In this document: positions 11,715 to 24,946 of the stretch, piece after piece
How the letters are laid out: each line of letters begins with the position of its first letter
How positions within the stretch are numbered: the stretch's first letter is position 1
Origin: Octopus sinensis
Taxonomy: Eukaryota
DNA length: 64,000 nt
Assembly: GCF_006345805.1 (NCBI RefSeq)
Contig: NC_042998.1
Span: 105,028,001 to 105,092,000, forward strand
Direction of reading: 5' to 3'
Translations under genes and position numbers: made by a program
Notes under the pieces: model-generated
Seen by the model: only the letters and a program-made list of their open reading frames with translations
The model's database searches: none
Told to the model about the DNA's origin: nothing

Positions 11715-12440
11715 CTTCTGTGTGTTAAGAAGCTTGCTTTCGAACTACATGATTCCAAGTTCAGCCCCACTCATGGCACTTTGGGAAAGTGTCTTCTACT
11801 ATAGCCTTGTGCTGACCAAAGCTTTGTGAGCAGATTTGGTAGACGGAAATTGAAAGAAGCCCATAGTATATACGAATGTGTGTATGAGCATGGCTCAGTG
11901 GTTAGAGCATCGAGCTTACAATCGTGAGGTTGTGAGCTCGAATCCCGGACCAGGCAGTGAGTTGTGTTCTTGAGCAAGACACAATGAGTTGCGATGTAGA
12001 AATGAGTTGCGATGTCACAGGTGCCAAGCTGTATCAGCCTTTGCCTATCCCTTGGATAACACTGGTGGCGTGGAGATGGGAGGCCGGTATGCATGAGCAA
12101 CTGCTGGTCTTCCATAAACAACCTTGCCCGGACTTGTGCCTGCGAGGGTAACCTTCTAGGTGCAATCCCATGGTCAGTCATGACCAAAGGGTGTCTCAGA
12201 TGTGTGTGTGTCATTTTGTGTCTGTGTTTGTCCCCCTCCCACCACTTGACAACTAGTGGTGGTGTGTTTACATCCCCATAACTTCATAACCTAGCAGTTT
12301 GACAAAAGGGACCTATAGAATAAGTACCAGGCTTTTAAAAAAATAAGTATTGGAGTCAATACACTTGACTAAAAGTTCTTCAAGGTGGTATCCCAGCATG
12401 GCTGCAGTCTAATGACTGAAACAAGTAAAAGATAAAAGAT
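11715..12440 (+). mobile_element. SINE family A interrupted by a nested family C SINE
   Basis: 5' half at 11715-11880 and 3' half at 12200-12440 flank the insert. Confidence 0.8.
11885..12200 (+). mobile_element. tRNA-derived SINE family C, near full length
   Basis: A-box TGGCTCAGTGG and B-box-like GCTCGAATCCC in a tRNA-like head. Confidence 0.85.
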
Positions 12441-12441
12441 A

Positions 12442-12608
12442 GTAGGAGTGGCTGTGTGATAAGTAGCTTCCTTATCAACCACATGGTTCCGGGTTCAGTC
12501 CCACTGCGTGGCACCTTGGGCAAGTGTCTTCTACTATAGCTTTGGGTCGACCAAAGCCTTGTGAGTCGATTTGGTAGAGAAAACTGAAAGAAGCCCGTCG
12601 TGTATATG

Positions 12609-12639
<31 letters not shown>

Positions 12640-12862
12640 ATATGTTTGTGTGTCTGTGTTTGTCTCTCCAACATCGCTTGACAACTGATGCAGGAGTGTT
12701 TTTATGTCCCCGTAACTTAGCGGTTCGGCAAAAGAGACCAATAGACTAAGTACTAGGCTTACAAAGAATAAGTCCTGGGGTCGATTTGCTCGACGAAAGG
12801 TGGTGCTCCAGCATGACCACAGTCACATGACTGGAACAAGTAAAAGAGTAAAAGAGATAAAA
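12442..12862 (+). mobile_element. SINE family A, full length
   Basis: GGAGTGGCTGTGTG head, GGTTCAGTCCC B-box-like motif, internal (TA)/(TG) tract, AAAAGAGT tail. Confidence 0.9.
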
Positions 12863-13019
12863 GAGGTATGATTCTGGTAAAAAGTTTGCTTCCCAACCAG
12901 ATGGTTCCAGGTTCAGTCTTACTGTGTGACACTTTGGGCAAGTGTCTGCTACTATAGTCTTGGGCTGACCAAAGCCATGTGAGTGGATTTGGTAAATGCA
13001 ATCTGAAAGAAGCATGTTG

Positions 13020-13051
<32 letters not shown>

Positions 13052-13510
13052 TGTATGTATGTATGTATGCATGTGTGTATGTAGGAGTCATTATTCAGTT
13101 TTGTTTCAAGATTTCTTGCTAATAGTGAAAGAGCTGGTTTCTAACCTAGATCGAAGGCTCCTTCATTGGAATTTCAACGATATCAACACAGTATTTTTGT
13201 AAGTGTGTGTGTATGTAAGTATGTAAGTATGTATATATGTATGCATGTATGTAGGTATATATATACATATATATATATATGTCCATGAATGTGTCTTTGT
13301 GTCTGTATTTGTCTTCCACCTCTGCTTAACAACTGGTGTTGATTTGTTTAGATCCCTGTAATTTAGTAGTTTGGCAAAAGAAACCAGTAGAATAAATACC
13401 ATGGTTAGAAATTGATTACAGGAGGTGATTCGTTTGACTAAGCCCTTCAAGTTGGTGTTCCAGCATGGCCACATTCCAATGACTGAAACAAGATAAAAGA
13501 TAAATTTTAA
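12863..13510 (+). mobile_element. SINE family A halves (12863-13020, 13280-13510) separated by (ATGT)n and a minus-strand short element
   Basis: Alignment to the adjacent full-length copy. Confidence 0.7.
13085..13200 (-). mobile_element. About 115-bp repeat embedded in (ATGT)n tracts
   Basis: Second copy at 34395-34510 (CATTATTCAGTTT...TTTCAAGATTTCTTGCTAATAG...GGAATTTCAAC). Confidence 0.7.
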
Positions 13511-13838
13511 AGAAAAGCATAAATTTACAAAAATGTTGCTTATTGATAAAGATAACCTCAATATTGCTGCTACTGCTGCTGCCGCTGTAGATGATAATGA
13601 CAGCAACGGTGATGACAACAACGATGACAATGATAATAATGGCATATATAGCATTTAATGGCACTTGGGAGATCATTAGTTGTTCATTTCACAAATGGTT
13701 CTCAAAATTCAAAGTAGTTTTTCATTTTAGTATTACAGCCATATTTTGTGGATTTATGTTAAATTAGCCATCTTTTCCTGATACAGCATCCTGTCAGGAA
13801 TATATGATACATTTATGAAAATAAAATAAAACAAATAA

Positions 13839-13879
<41 letters not shown>

Positions 13880-14039
13880 TCATGCTTTTAGATTGGACAG
13901 CATGTAAGAATTTGACCAGAGAAATATTTGAAAACGACTTCAAAATGTTCATATGTAGCAATATCTTATGACTATATTTACTTTGAAATGCATTGCTTAT
14001 TTTGTAAGTAATTCTTAAAATAATAACTACCTTGGAGGA

Positions 14040-15210
14040 AGGCAGTGGGCTGGCAGAAACATTAGCATGCCTGGTGAAATGTTTAGTGATATTTTGTCTG
14101 TCTTTACGTTCTGAGTTCAAATTCCACCGAGGTTGACTTTGCCTTTCATCTTTTCAGAGTCGATAAATTAAGTACCAGTCGCATACTGGGATCGACTGGC
14201 ACCCTCCCCAAAAATTTCAGGCTTTGTGCCTAGAGTAGAAAAGAATAATCTAGTGTCTATAAAGTGACAAGCTAGTCCATTGGGTAAAAAATTGCTTGGC
14301 AATATCTCTTCTGGCTATTTACAGTTTGAGTTCAAATCTCATCAAGGTTAACTTTACCTTTCAATTCTCTGGAGCCAATAAGTAGAAATCATTACTAATT
14401 TAGTGTAAGGTGGTGAGCTTGCAGAATTGTTGCTGTTCTGAGGAAAATGCCTAGCATTTTTTGCAGGATGAAATGCCAAATTCCAATGATGCCTTTCAAA
14501 TGTTTGGACTCAATGAAATAAATACCAGTTGAGCATTGGGGGGTCAATGTAGTCAACTAGTACCCTCCCTACAAAATTCTGCCTATGTGCCTGTAGTAGA
14601 AAGGATTATTAATATAAACTTTTCTATTCTTGGCATAAGGCCTGAAATTTTTGGGTAGGGGGCCAGTTGATTAGATCGACCCAGTACACAACTGGTATTT
14701 AATGAAAGGCAAAGTTGACCTTGGCAGAATTTGAACACAGAACGTAAAGACAGACAAAATACCTATTTCTTTATTACCCACAAGGGGCTAAACATAGAGA
14801 GGACAAACAAGGACAGACATAGGTATTAAGTCGATTCCATCGACCCCAGTGCGTAACTGGTACTTAATTTATCGACCCCGAAAGGATGAAAGGCAAAGTC
14901 GACCTCGGCGGAATTTGAACTCACAACGAAAGACAGACAAAATACCACTAAGCATTTCGCCTGGCATGCTAACGTTTCTGCCAGCTTGCTGCCTTAGATT
15001 ATTAATATAATGTTTATAAAATGATGTACTGTCACAATTTTTAGAGTCTGGCAGTAAATTCCAACTCTTTACATTTTGAGTTCTAATCTTGCCTATATCA
15101 GTCTTGCCTTTCGTTTATTTGTGAACGATGAAATAGAGTACCAGTCAAGTACTGGGATTTGCTATATTGGCTGACTCCACTCCTCTTCAAAAGTGTTGAC
15201 CTAGTTCTTA
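14040..15210. mobile_element. Cluster of six SINE family B copies in both orientations; body resembles the Deu/Nin SINE domain
   Basis: GTCGACTTTGCCTTTCATCCTTTCGGGGTCGATAAATTAAGTACCAG motif; + copies 14040-14250, 14255-14370, 14410-14610, 15035-15210; two - copies in 14618-14996. Confidence 0.8.
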
Positions 15211-16035
15211 AATTAACAATGATTATTAATGTAGTGTCTGGATATAATTTATCAAAATGGTTCTTACATAAAATCACGATATCAAAAGGATTAATTTTGT
15301 CTTTCACTTTTAATACAAATTTCCACCTCTAACTTGAACTCATTAGGAATAGGATTTACAACCAGAGTTTATACATGGTGATATCATTGCAAGTGATAAT
15401 AGTGGTAGTTGTCTTGAAGAAACTGATTAATTGACAAACATGATTTGTATTTAGAATAATTATTCAAAGTAGAGATTATGTATATTTCCAGTAACTAGGG
15501 ATTTGAAAGGATTTATCCAGTTCAAATATAGGCTAGTTAAATGGTTTGAGCTATTCTTAACTAATTTTATAGTCAATATAATTTTATGTAGTGTATATAT
15601 GAAGAACTGGATATGCATATATGCATATACATACATATATATACATACATATATTCATATGTATATGTGTGTGTGTGTGTAATAAAATTGTTGTGTACAG
15701 TGCTCAGGTGACTACAAGAAAAAAAAATGTAATAGGTGTCCTGTTGGCGAAGACAAAATGCAAAATAATTATTTTTTAGAATAATAGATCTCAAAGTACA
15801 GCAAGTCATAAATAATAGTATGCAAGTGAATTTGATAGACGACGCTGTCTTGTTTCTCTTCTTATTTTTTTGCTTTCCCATAAATTTCTATAAAATTCTT
15901 TGTCATTTTCATCTGCTATCTTTTGCATATATACATACATACATATATATGTGTGTGTGTAGATAAATAGATAGATAGATATGCATTTATACATAGATAC
16001 ATATGCATATACACTCACATATATATGTATATAAG

Positions 16036-16102
<67 letters not shown>

Positions 16103-16624
16103 ATGTATATATGTAACATACACACAAACACACACACTAATATGCATGTATATGACGATAATAATATAAATATAAATAGATACATACATGCATCCATTTA
16201 TACATATATGCTTATATCCATGAATACATACATATTTATAGAAAGGCTTGGTTATAATAAGCAATTATTTGATAAATAGAAATGAGAGGATTATATTATC
16301 TCATTATTTGATACACACATCCTCACAGACCACACACACTCAAACACATACATGCAAACATGCACTACTCATACACCCATGAAGACACACATGCGCATTC
16401 ATATACACATTCATGAACATACTTATCTTAATGAGAAGGAATCTAATGCAAATGATCTTAGTGGGGATGAGATTGTTTCCCTAATTTGAAAATTAAATTC
16501 ATTCTTTCATAACCAAATTGTAATTTGCATTATCTTCTTCTTATGAGAAATTTTTCTATGTCATCTTGAAATTGGCATTAAATAGGCATTAACTATTGAG
16601 TGAAGTAAGGAAATTCTTTCTTAC

Positions 16625-16658
16625 CCAAACTGGTCAAATGTTTCTTACTAAGCAGTTT
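16625..16658 (-). CDS. Candidate 34-nt exon (KLLSKKHLTSL)
   Basis: taatctttctag acceptor, TGG|gtaaga donor, only phase 0 open. Confidence 0.2.
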
Positions 16659-16748
16659 CTAGAAAGATTACGAATAACAATAGATTTATACAGCTGATTA
16701 AGTATAAGCACATTTGTCAAGCATTTCTTTTCAGAAACCAAACATATA

Positions 16749-17321
16749 CTGTAAAAACCCATGTAATTTACGCATTTTTTTCCCACAAAATTAAAAATCA
16801 ACTTTAGGGGTACAAAATTAAAAATCAACTTTAAAATTTAAAAAATAATATTTTTTTGTTGAAAAAAGACTCATTTAGTGTCAAGATAGGATTTTACAGA
16901 AAAAATAAGGGCTTAAATATTTATGCTGGATGGTATAATGCTTACTTTTTCTGTACAAATTTACTAAAGCCATTAAATGGTTAACTACTTTTTGGAGTCT
17001 GACGTTCATGCTGGTAATCACAGTCTAGGTCATATTATTATAAACAATACAAACACTTTGCAATTTAATAGCTTTTAATGTAATATCTGTTAAACAGAAA
17101 TTATTTTTATTTAATGAAAATTTGATAAAATCTAATCATAAGTAAGTGAAATTTCTGCTAAATACAACTAAATTGAAAACCTTTTCTTCCAGGCCATATC
17201 GGCAATTCTGAAAACTTTTGGGTGCGAATTTTACATGAGTAGAAGCTTCTTTAAATAAATTTTATCCTGAAAATCACCTGCATAAATTACACAGGTGTGC
17301 AAATTTCATGGGTTTTTACAG
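16749..17321. mobile_element. Non-autonomous Tc1/mariner-superfamily (pogo-like) MITE
   Basis: TIR CTGTAAAAACCCATG / CATGGGTTTTTACAG (extends to about 26 bp with 3 mismatches); TA on both sides. Confidence 0.75.
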
Positions 17322-17716
17322 TATTCTTTTCACTTTCAGAGGATATTTTAAAAAGTTTTTAAAACTTTCTCATTCTTACCTTCAAACCTTTATCAATTTG
17401 GCAGTTCTAAAATCAGAAAACTTATTTAAGAAATTCTCATTACGGCAATGCTCCAGTATGGCCCCAGCCTCTAGGTGAAATCAGTAAAAGAGTAAAAGAT
17501 TAAAAGATTGCAACCTTTTCTTTATCATTTTCTGCAACACGGAGCCAAAACGGATGTTGATTTATTTTTACATCCATTTTTTTTTCATGCTACAAGTTAT
17601 GCTTATATCAGCTGAATAAGGCATTTGATGAAGCTTAATGTCTCAAGGAACTCAAACCTTGCTGTTTATGTTTATGCATCCATCATACACAGGGAAAGAG
17701 AAAAACATGTGTACTT

Positions 17717-18325
17717 AATAATAATAATAATAATGAAATTATGTGTATAGTACTCAGGTTAACTACAGCTCATCAAAGGTGCATGTACAGTACATAGAAT
17801 TATGTTCAAAAGTCATAAAGTGAACAGTATATGAGTCATGATATATATGTGAGCATGCATATGGAGGGCAGGGGGTTATCAGGTGTAGTGCTGGTGAATT
17901 TCAGGAAGGATGGAGGTTTTAAAGGATGCAATGTCTTGGCAACTAACAACTAATGCAAGTAGTTTGTTCCATGTTTCAGCAACTTTGAGTATGAAAAAAT
18001 GTTTCTGAAAATCATAGGAGCTGTGCTATTTTCTGACTTTGTAGGCATGCCCACATGTGTTAGACACATGGAGCTCAAAAAGGTGCTCAAGGTGGTTGTT
18101 GGCACGATGGTTAATAATTTAGTGGGTGTTTTCCAAATCAGTTGCCAGATGTCAGAGCTTCAATGTCCAGGAAAGCAAGGTGTTCAGAATATGGTAGATG
18201 CCTGATGGAGGGTATTCACTTGGTTGCACATCTCTGAACAGTTTCCAGGAGTTCAATGTCTTGAGCAAGACAGGGGTTCCAGGCTGGTGATGCAAATTCC
18301 ATGTATGGCTGCACCATAGCCACTG
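17717..18325 (-). mobile_element. CR1-clade LINE 3' fragment with (TTA)n tail
   Basis: Minus-strand translation with stops: MEFASPAWNPCLAQDIELLETVQRCATK...CGHAYKVRK...FFILKVAETWNKL...SFK. Confidence 0.85.
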
Positions 18326-19038
18326 CTTTTCTTGCTTATTCAATGCCCTCTCATCTTCTTAAACCTAATCTCCTATACACTGTACATTACAACTCTTGTA
18401 AAGAGAGAAGGCATTATCTTTGTCCATACTCAACTTCCCTGACCACCATCCATATTTCTCTGTCTCTTTTCCTTTGCAACTCACAATCTGCGTAACAAGG
18501 TATTGCATTAGATCTGTTGGTATTCATATTCCATTTCATTTGGCCCCCAATGATGTCTGCTAGACATCTCTCCCTCTTACTCAAAACAGTCTTATTGACA
18601 TCCTCCATTCTCTTGTTATCTCCATATGGTTTTATATCACTCACACTTTCTAGCAACATTACTCTCCTATACTGCTGCCACTAGAACTTGTCCCCAACCC
18701 CTGCTTCAGTTGACTCATTGATATTCATTGCATTCTCTTACCACCAACTATGTTGTTGTTTATTCTTGCACCTCCTCAATTGGGCAGATATATGGTTAAA
18801 AATCTTCCAGATTTGACTATGCTGTCTTTGTACATATCTGTGATGATAATGTCTGCATCATTCATTTTTATTAAAACAGTAGGATGTGGTTTGAATAATA
18901 TTTGGTTGCCATTTCTAGCATGTTGAGTAACTGTTTAGTAACTACTCCCTCATCAGCTCTTTTAAAAGAGTATCCCACTTGCTACTATCCTACAGAGTAC
19001 TGTTCTGAATGCAGTAATGTATTTATAAACAAGGATAC

Positions 19039-19083
19039 CTTTGAAATTCACCTCTGTTCTATGGGAGCTTTGGTTGGTCAAGT
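19039..19083 (-). CDS. Candidate 45-nt exon (LTNQSSHRTEVNFK)
   Basis: gtgttttcttattcctag acceptor, AAAG|gtatcc donor, phase 1-1. Confidence 0.2.
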
Positions 19084-19455
19084 CTAGGAATAAGAAAACA
19101 CTGAATAAAACTGGACAAAGTTCATGTTTAGTTGTTTGGTGAAGAGAAACATCAGGATATAAATTTATAAAGACTATTAACAAAGCTAAATAATGAACAT
19201 CTCACCCTTTGAGCTACAGCAAAAGCAATATGGTTATTCAGAAGTTATACCTAATAAGAGCCTCAGACTCCTGGAATATTCCAACAGTTTGCCCTCTAGG
19301 CAATCATTTTACCTGCTAGAAATTCTCCTAACCACAGTTTTAGGTTATCTTTTGATTAATGACAAAGAAAATTATGCACAATACTCTTATTAGCACAATC
19401 ATTTTCTCAAGTTTTGAGAGGGAAAAAATGAAATGGCCCATTATAGTTAAAGCTT

Positions 19456-19499
19456 TTTGAGTGGATTTAGTAAATGGAAACTGAAAGAAGCCTGTCGTG

Positions 19500-19581
<82 letters not shown>

Positions 19582-19830
19582 TTATATATATATTTATATA
19601 TATATGTATATGTTTATGTCTCTGTGTTTGTCCCCCGCAACATCACTTGACAACCGATGTTGGTGTGTTTATGTCCCTGTAACTTAGTGGTTTGGCAAAA
19701 GAGACCAATAGAATAAGCACAAGGCTTACAAAGGATAAGCCCTGGGGTCAATTTGTTCAACTAAAGGTGGTGCTCCAGTATGGCCACAGTCAAATGACTG
19801 AAACAAATAAAAGAATAAAAGAATAAAATA
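19456..19830 (+). mobile_element. SINE family A, 5'-truncated, with expanded internal (TA)n
   Basis: Family alignment. Confidence 0.85.
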
Positions 19831-20563
19831 ATATTCAAAATTCTCCCAAACAGATTATTGGATGGAAATGAATTTCAATGTTTATAAGGATGAAATTATA
19901 ATGAAATTAGGTTAATCCTGTGCTTGTTTGAAGCATTTTCATGTTTGTACTAAATGTCCATGCTTGTTTTCAAATTTTTAGTTTCATACATTCTGAATAA
20001 TATAAAGCTTTCCTTTCATAAGTCCCAAGTTACTCTGGTGATAGGGTATGTGTTTCATACATGATGCATGGATGCCAGAGAAATATGTCCTGTGTATCAT
20101 GTATGATACGCAGGACAGGTAAAGGGCTAGTAATGGATCTTGTAAATGAAGATGATAAATGAAACATGAACAACTGATGAGAGAAAACAGTGCAATACTT
20201 ATCTATTACATTAAGTTTTTAGCTGTGTTAGGCATCTAAATGAGGATGTCACAAAATTAATTGATAACCAAATACAGAAATACTGACATAAGTACTATAA
20301 ATGTCTGCTGAACCATCTCTCAGGTGTGGGCAATTTCATGATAAAAGATCTAGAGCAATACTTAAATATACAGTCTCTTAAGTAGCCTCTAGATAAAAAG
20401 AAGCCATTGACACAGCGAACTGGCTGGTAGGTTATATGTAAACTTAGGATAGCAGCAGCAACTTTTATCACAATTTTGGCTCACAACACTAGAGGTTAGT
20501 GAACTTCCCCTCAAATAGGGTAGAGTTGTAGCTATCATGATGTCTCATTCCTCTTTCCAACAG

Positions 20564-20681
20564 GCAAGGAATGAACCTACAAGAGAACCTCTCGCCAATC
20601 ATTTTACCTGCTATTAACAACTTGGATAACACAACTCTGGATATACAAAACAATGAAGTGTCACAGCTAGAACGTCTTTAG
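20564..20681 (+). CDS. Candidate terminal exon (QGMNLQENLSPIILPAINNLDNTTLDIQNNEVSQLERL*)
   Basis: Strong acceptor tctcattcctctttccaacag followed by 38 open codons. Confidence 0.2.
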
Positions 20682-20774
20682 TTATAAGTCTGTTCAGTTA
20701 GACTCAAACTGGAGATAAAAAGCAATAACAGTATCTATAGCAAGAAAAATATATTGTAAGGTTTCTACTTAGTT

Positions 20775-20931
20775 GATGGCTGTGTGGTAAGTAGCTTGCT
20801 TATGAACCATATGGTTCCGGGCTCAGTCCCACTGCATGGCACCTTGGGCAAGTGTCTTCAACTATAGCCTCGGACCAACCAAAGCCTTGTGAGTGGATTT
20901 GGTAGATGGAAACTGAAAGAAGCCCGTCGTA

Positions 20932-20977
<46 letters not shown>

Positions 20978-21190
20978 TGTGTGTATATGTTTGTGAGTGT
21001 TTGTTCCCCCAACATCGCTTGACAACCGATGCTGGTGTGTTTGCATCCCCTTAACTTAGCAGTTTGACAAAAGAGACTGATAGAATAAGTACTAGGCTTA
21101 TAAAGAATAAGTCCTGGGGTCGATTTGCTTGACTATGGGTGGTGCTCCAGCATGGCCACAGTCAAATGACTTAAACAAGTAGAATAAGTA
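20775..21190 (+). mobile_element. SINE family A, full length
   Basis: Family alignment. Confidence 0.9.
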
Positions 21191-21852
21191 CATCACTCTG
21201 AATAGCAAAGGAATATTAGAGTTGACATGATTTTTCTGTTCTAAATTCTGATGTACACTGAACTATATACACTAAATTTTTTAAGTCTTCTATTGGTGTG
21301 AGATATAAATTTGGTTCAGTAAGTCAGAATGTGGTTGGAATTTCTGGGGTGACTTTCAACAATGAGTTAATAGCACGATATCAATTTGGAATCAAACTAC
21401 CAAATTAATTCCAGAATCTTGTGGCATTTATCCTCTTACCATATTTCTGTTGAAATATACTATCATTGCTTCAATGAATTCAGAAAATAATGAAGAATCT
21501 ACTAAAATAACTGTTATTATTAAGGTGGTGTTTGGGACTTGAATTTTAATGGAAGATTTTATATTAGATCACTTTCAAACATAACCATTATATCATGAAT
21601 CTATGAGCAGTCTCAGAAAATCTAGTAGTAAAAAGGTTAAGCTAAGATTATCAGAACTCCAAAATTATTTGCTGTTTTCTTCAACATAGTACTAACATTG
21701 GTTTCTGAAAAAGAGCCTGTCATTAGCAACAGGCATAAAAGTTCAGAAATCCCAAATTATTTTGTGACAAGGAGAGAAATTTATTCAGAGTTTAAAAATA
21801 TAAACAATAAAGGTCTTGACACTTTTCTATTCAGTTCCATGTCCTTGTTTAA

Positions 21853-22073
21853 CCCTTTAGCGTTCAAACCGGCCATATCCAGCCAGAATATTTAGCCTGT
21901 TTTATATTGAAACTGACCAGAGCTTGCCTCTTACCTCAGCCCTACCATGTCATTCTAAAACTAAAAAACCCACATCACTGCAATCTCTAAACTACAAGAT
22001 AATACATGATTAATTCAAAACAATATAAATAAACAAACATCACATTTGAGAGAGTAATCTGAACACTAACGGG
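21853..22073. mobile_element. piggyBac-like MITE (221 bp)
   Basis: TTAA|CCCTTTAGCGTTCA ... TGAACACTAACGGG|TTAA: 14-bp imperfect TIR with TTAA duplication. Confidence 0.8.
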
Positions 22074-23262
22074 TTAACTTTTCTAATGTATTCTTGTAAG
22101 GTAAAGGCAGCTATTTTATTGGATACTGAATTATTGAAAGCTTTAGATTGCTGATTTGATAGAAGGAAAACTGAACGCATTGCTATTTTTAGACAGTTTC
22201 TAGCGAACACATACACATACACACACACACATACAACTCTTATAACTCACACACTGGAAAAACATATTTTTGCTCAATTGTTTTGGTTTAATTTCCCCTG
22301 ATTCATATAGAGTGAAAAATTTCTTTGTTAACCAATCCAGTAGTGTGTTTTACAGTGCTTCATACTACTATGGTATAGTTTTTTGATATATCAGATCAAA
22401 CATATTTTGCATTTCTATATTTCATATTAATCTTTAATGATTGTTATTTGAAAGTTTTTTTTTTCTTTTAAGTATAAGTGATATAGTATAATATGAATAG
22501 TTAATAAATCTCTGTAATCAATTAGACATGATCTGAAAACAAAAGAGAATTTCAATAGAAATGTAATTTATTACCAGCAGTTTAATTAATAATAGGGTAT
22601 TATAAACATTTTTAGTTTGAATTTTACGAATGTGAAATATTTTTCTTATTCTCATACAAAAATGTTACATATGTGTGCATATTATGTATTTATGTATGCA
22701 TGTGTTTATGTATGTATGTATGTATGTATGTATGTATGTATGTATGACTATCAATATTTCCATCTCTTTGCAATAAATATCACCAACACTTATGTTTACA
22801 TGTTTACTTAAAATATATATCTTGATATATCTAACATGTCTAAATAAAAACATTATTAATCATAGTCTTTTTATCAAACTAAATTAATTTTGTGAAGTAT
22901 AAGAATATCAAATAAAATTTGTAGAAATGTTTTGGTAGTGTTACATTTTCAGTTTATAGCTGTAGTAAATAAACTACTGACATTTTATCAACATTAGTAT
23001 TCTATTTACAGTGTTTGTCTTGGCAATATAATAACATTACACTCAGATTTTTCTTTTGTTGGGTTTTGAAAAAGGGGCAGTGCCTATGACATTTGCAGGT
23101 CCTCAAAGATCATTACTAGATCTTTATTAGAGTAGACTACTACCACTGGGTTACCTTTTTGCATTATTTGCCTTCTCTTTGCAAGCTATAGAATTAAGGA
23201 AGAGCCCTAGTGCTTCTCTCAGAGTCACACACTGGTTCTGAAATGGGCTAGACTAATTTTTA

Positions 23263-23580
23263 TCATCATCATCATCATTGTCCTTTAATGTTCGTTGTCC
23301 ATGCTGGCATGGGTTGGACAGTTTGACCAAGGCTGGTAAGCTTGAAGGATGCACCAGACTCTAGTCTGATTTGGCCTGATTTTCTATGCCTGGATGCCCT
23401 TCCTAATGCCAACCACTCCAAGAGTGTAATGAGTGCATTTACACGCCACCGGCATGGGTGTCATTTGCATGATACCGGTATCTGCCACAACTGAAATTTT
23501 GCTCAGCTTGATAGGTCTTCTTCTCAAGCATGACATAATGCCTAAGCTCTCAGTCATTGCCACTGTGAGGCGCAACACTT
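23263..23580 (-). mobile_element. RTE 3' UTR and tail
   Basis: (CAT)n plus GGATGCCCTTCCTAATGCCAACCACTCC. Confidence 0.8.
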
Positions 23581-23664
23581 TTATATTATGCATTAATTAG
23601 AAATGTGATTAAATAATAAATATTATTCTGCACAAGCAGCATGGAGAATAAACAGGTGTTTTTT

Positions 23665-23895
23665 TCTTTTACTTGTTTCAGTCATTTGACTGTGGCTATG
23701 CTGGAGCACCGCCTTTAGTTGAGTAAAATGACCCCAGGACTTATTCTTTGTAAGCCTAGTATTTATTCTATTGGTCTCTTTTGCCGAACAGCTAAGTTAC
23801 AGGGATGCAAACACCCCAGCATTGGATGTTGGGGATTGAACCCAGAACCATGTGGTTCGAAAGCAAGCTACTTACCATACAGCCACTCCTACACC
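23665..23895 (-). mobile_element. SINE family A with internal deletion
   Basis: 3' part joined directly to the head. Confidence 0.75.
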
Positions 23896-24004
23896 TATAT
23901 TTACATTTGTCTACTCTATATACTTAAATTTATCTCAGAAGAACAATTCATATCAGTTTGAAGCGAAACACCGGCTGCCCACCAGTACCACTCACCACCA
24001 CCAC

Positions 24005-24243
24005 CATCATAATCATCATCATTTAACGTCCGCTTTCCATGCTAGCATGGGTTGGACGATTTGACTGAGGTCTGGCGAACCAGATGGCTGCACCAGACTC
24101 CAATCTGACCTGGCTGAGTTTCTACAGCTGGATGCCCTTCCTAACACCAACCACTCCGAGAGTGTAGTGGGTGCTTTTATGTGCCACTGGCATGAGGGCC
24201 AGTCAGGTGGTACTGGCTACGACCATGCTCAAATAGTGCTTTT

Positions 24244-24245
<2 letters not shown>
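24005..24245 (-). mobile_element. RTE 3' UTR and tail
   Basis: Matches 31372-31580. Confidence 0.8.
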
Positions 24246-24274
<29 letters not shown>

Positions 24275-24733
24275 TAACCTCTAGAAACGGCCGTTGGTAT
24301 CCTATTTTAACAATTTTTAACTATCCTGACTTTTAATTTCTTTCCTCCTTGTATTGTTTATTTCGCTTTCATCACTAACTCAGAGCTTCCTCAATATATT
24401 TACATATACATGTATGTTTTATATATATTCATGTCTACATCTAAAATTTTTTTTAAAGCCTGTTATCTTCCATACATATTTTTAATATATTTATTTAGTT
24501 ATAGAATTTTTCTTATTGTCTAAGTATTTATATATTTTTAATGTATCATGTATATACTTGTACCTTAAATTCATCTGAAATCGGGGTCATGTTTATGAAT
24601 TAAATTATCTGGTCTAATGGTTCTTCATGTCATATATTCTTATTTTTTGTCTCAACTTCCTCTTGAGCACTTCTGAGTGCTAACCTTAACTCTGTGAGAG
24701 AATTTCTAATTAATCATATTCTTTCTCAAAACA

Positions 24734-24774
<41 letters not shown>

Positions 24775-24779
<5 letters not shown>

Positions 24780-24806
24780 TAGATAGATAGATAGATACAT
24801 AGATAC

Positions 24807-24894
<88 letters not shown>

Positions 24895-24900
24895 GGATAG
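24775..24900. repeat. (AGAT)n microsatellite
   Basis: Direct run. Confidence 0.95.
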
Positions 24901-24913
24901 ATAAATACATATA

Positions 24914-24946
24914 CTAGCTGAATTACCCAGCATTGCCTGAGGTAAT
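24914..24946 (-). mobile_element. Helitron-like 3' terminus (hairpin plus CTAG)
   Basis: Minus strand ATTACCTCAGGCAATGCTGGGTAATTCAG CTAG|T, same layout as 53230. Confidence 0.5.

Noticed and set aside
11885-11950. tRNA gene
   Set aside because: It is a tRNA-like head running into a SINE body, with no complete cloverleaf
13085-13200. Hammerhead in the (ATGT)n-flanked repeat
   Set aside because: Both copies read CCAAT(G/T)A instead of CUGAUGA, and the stems are weak
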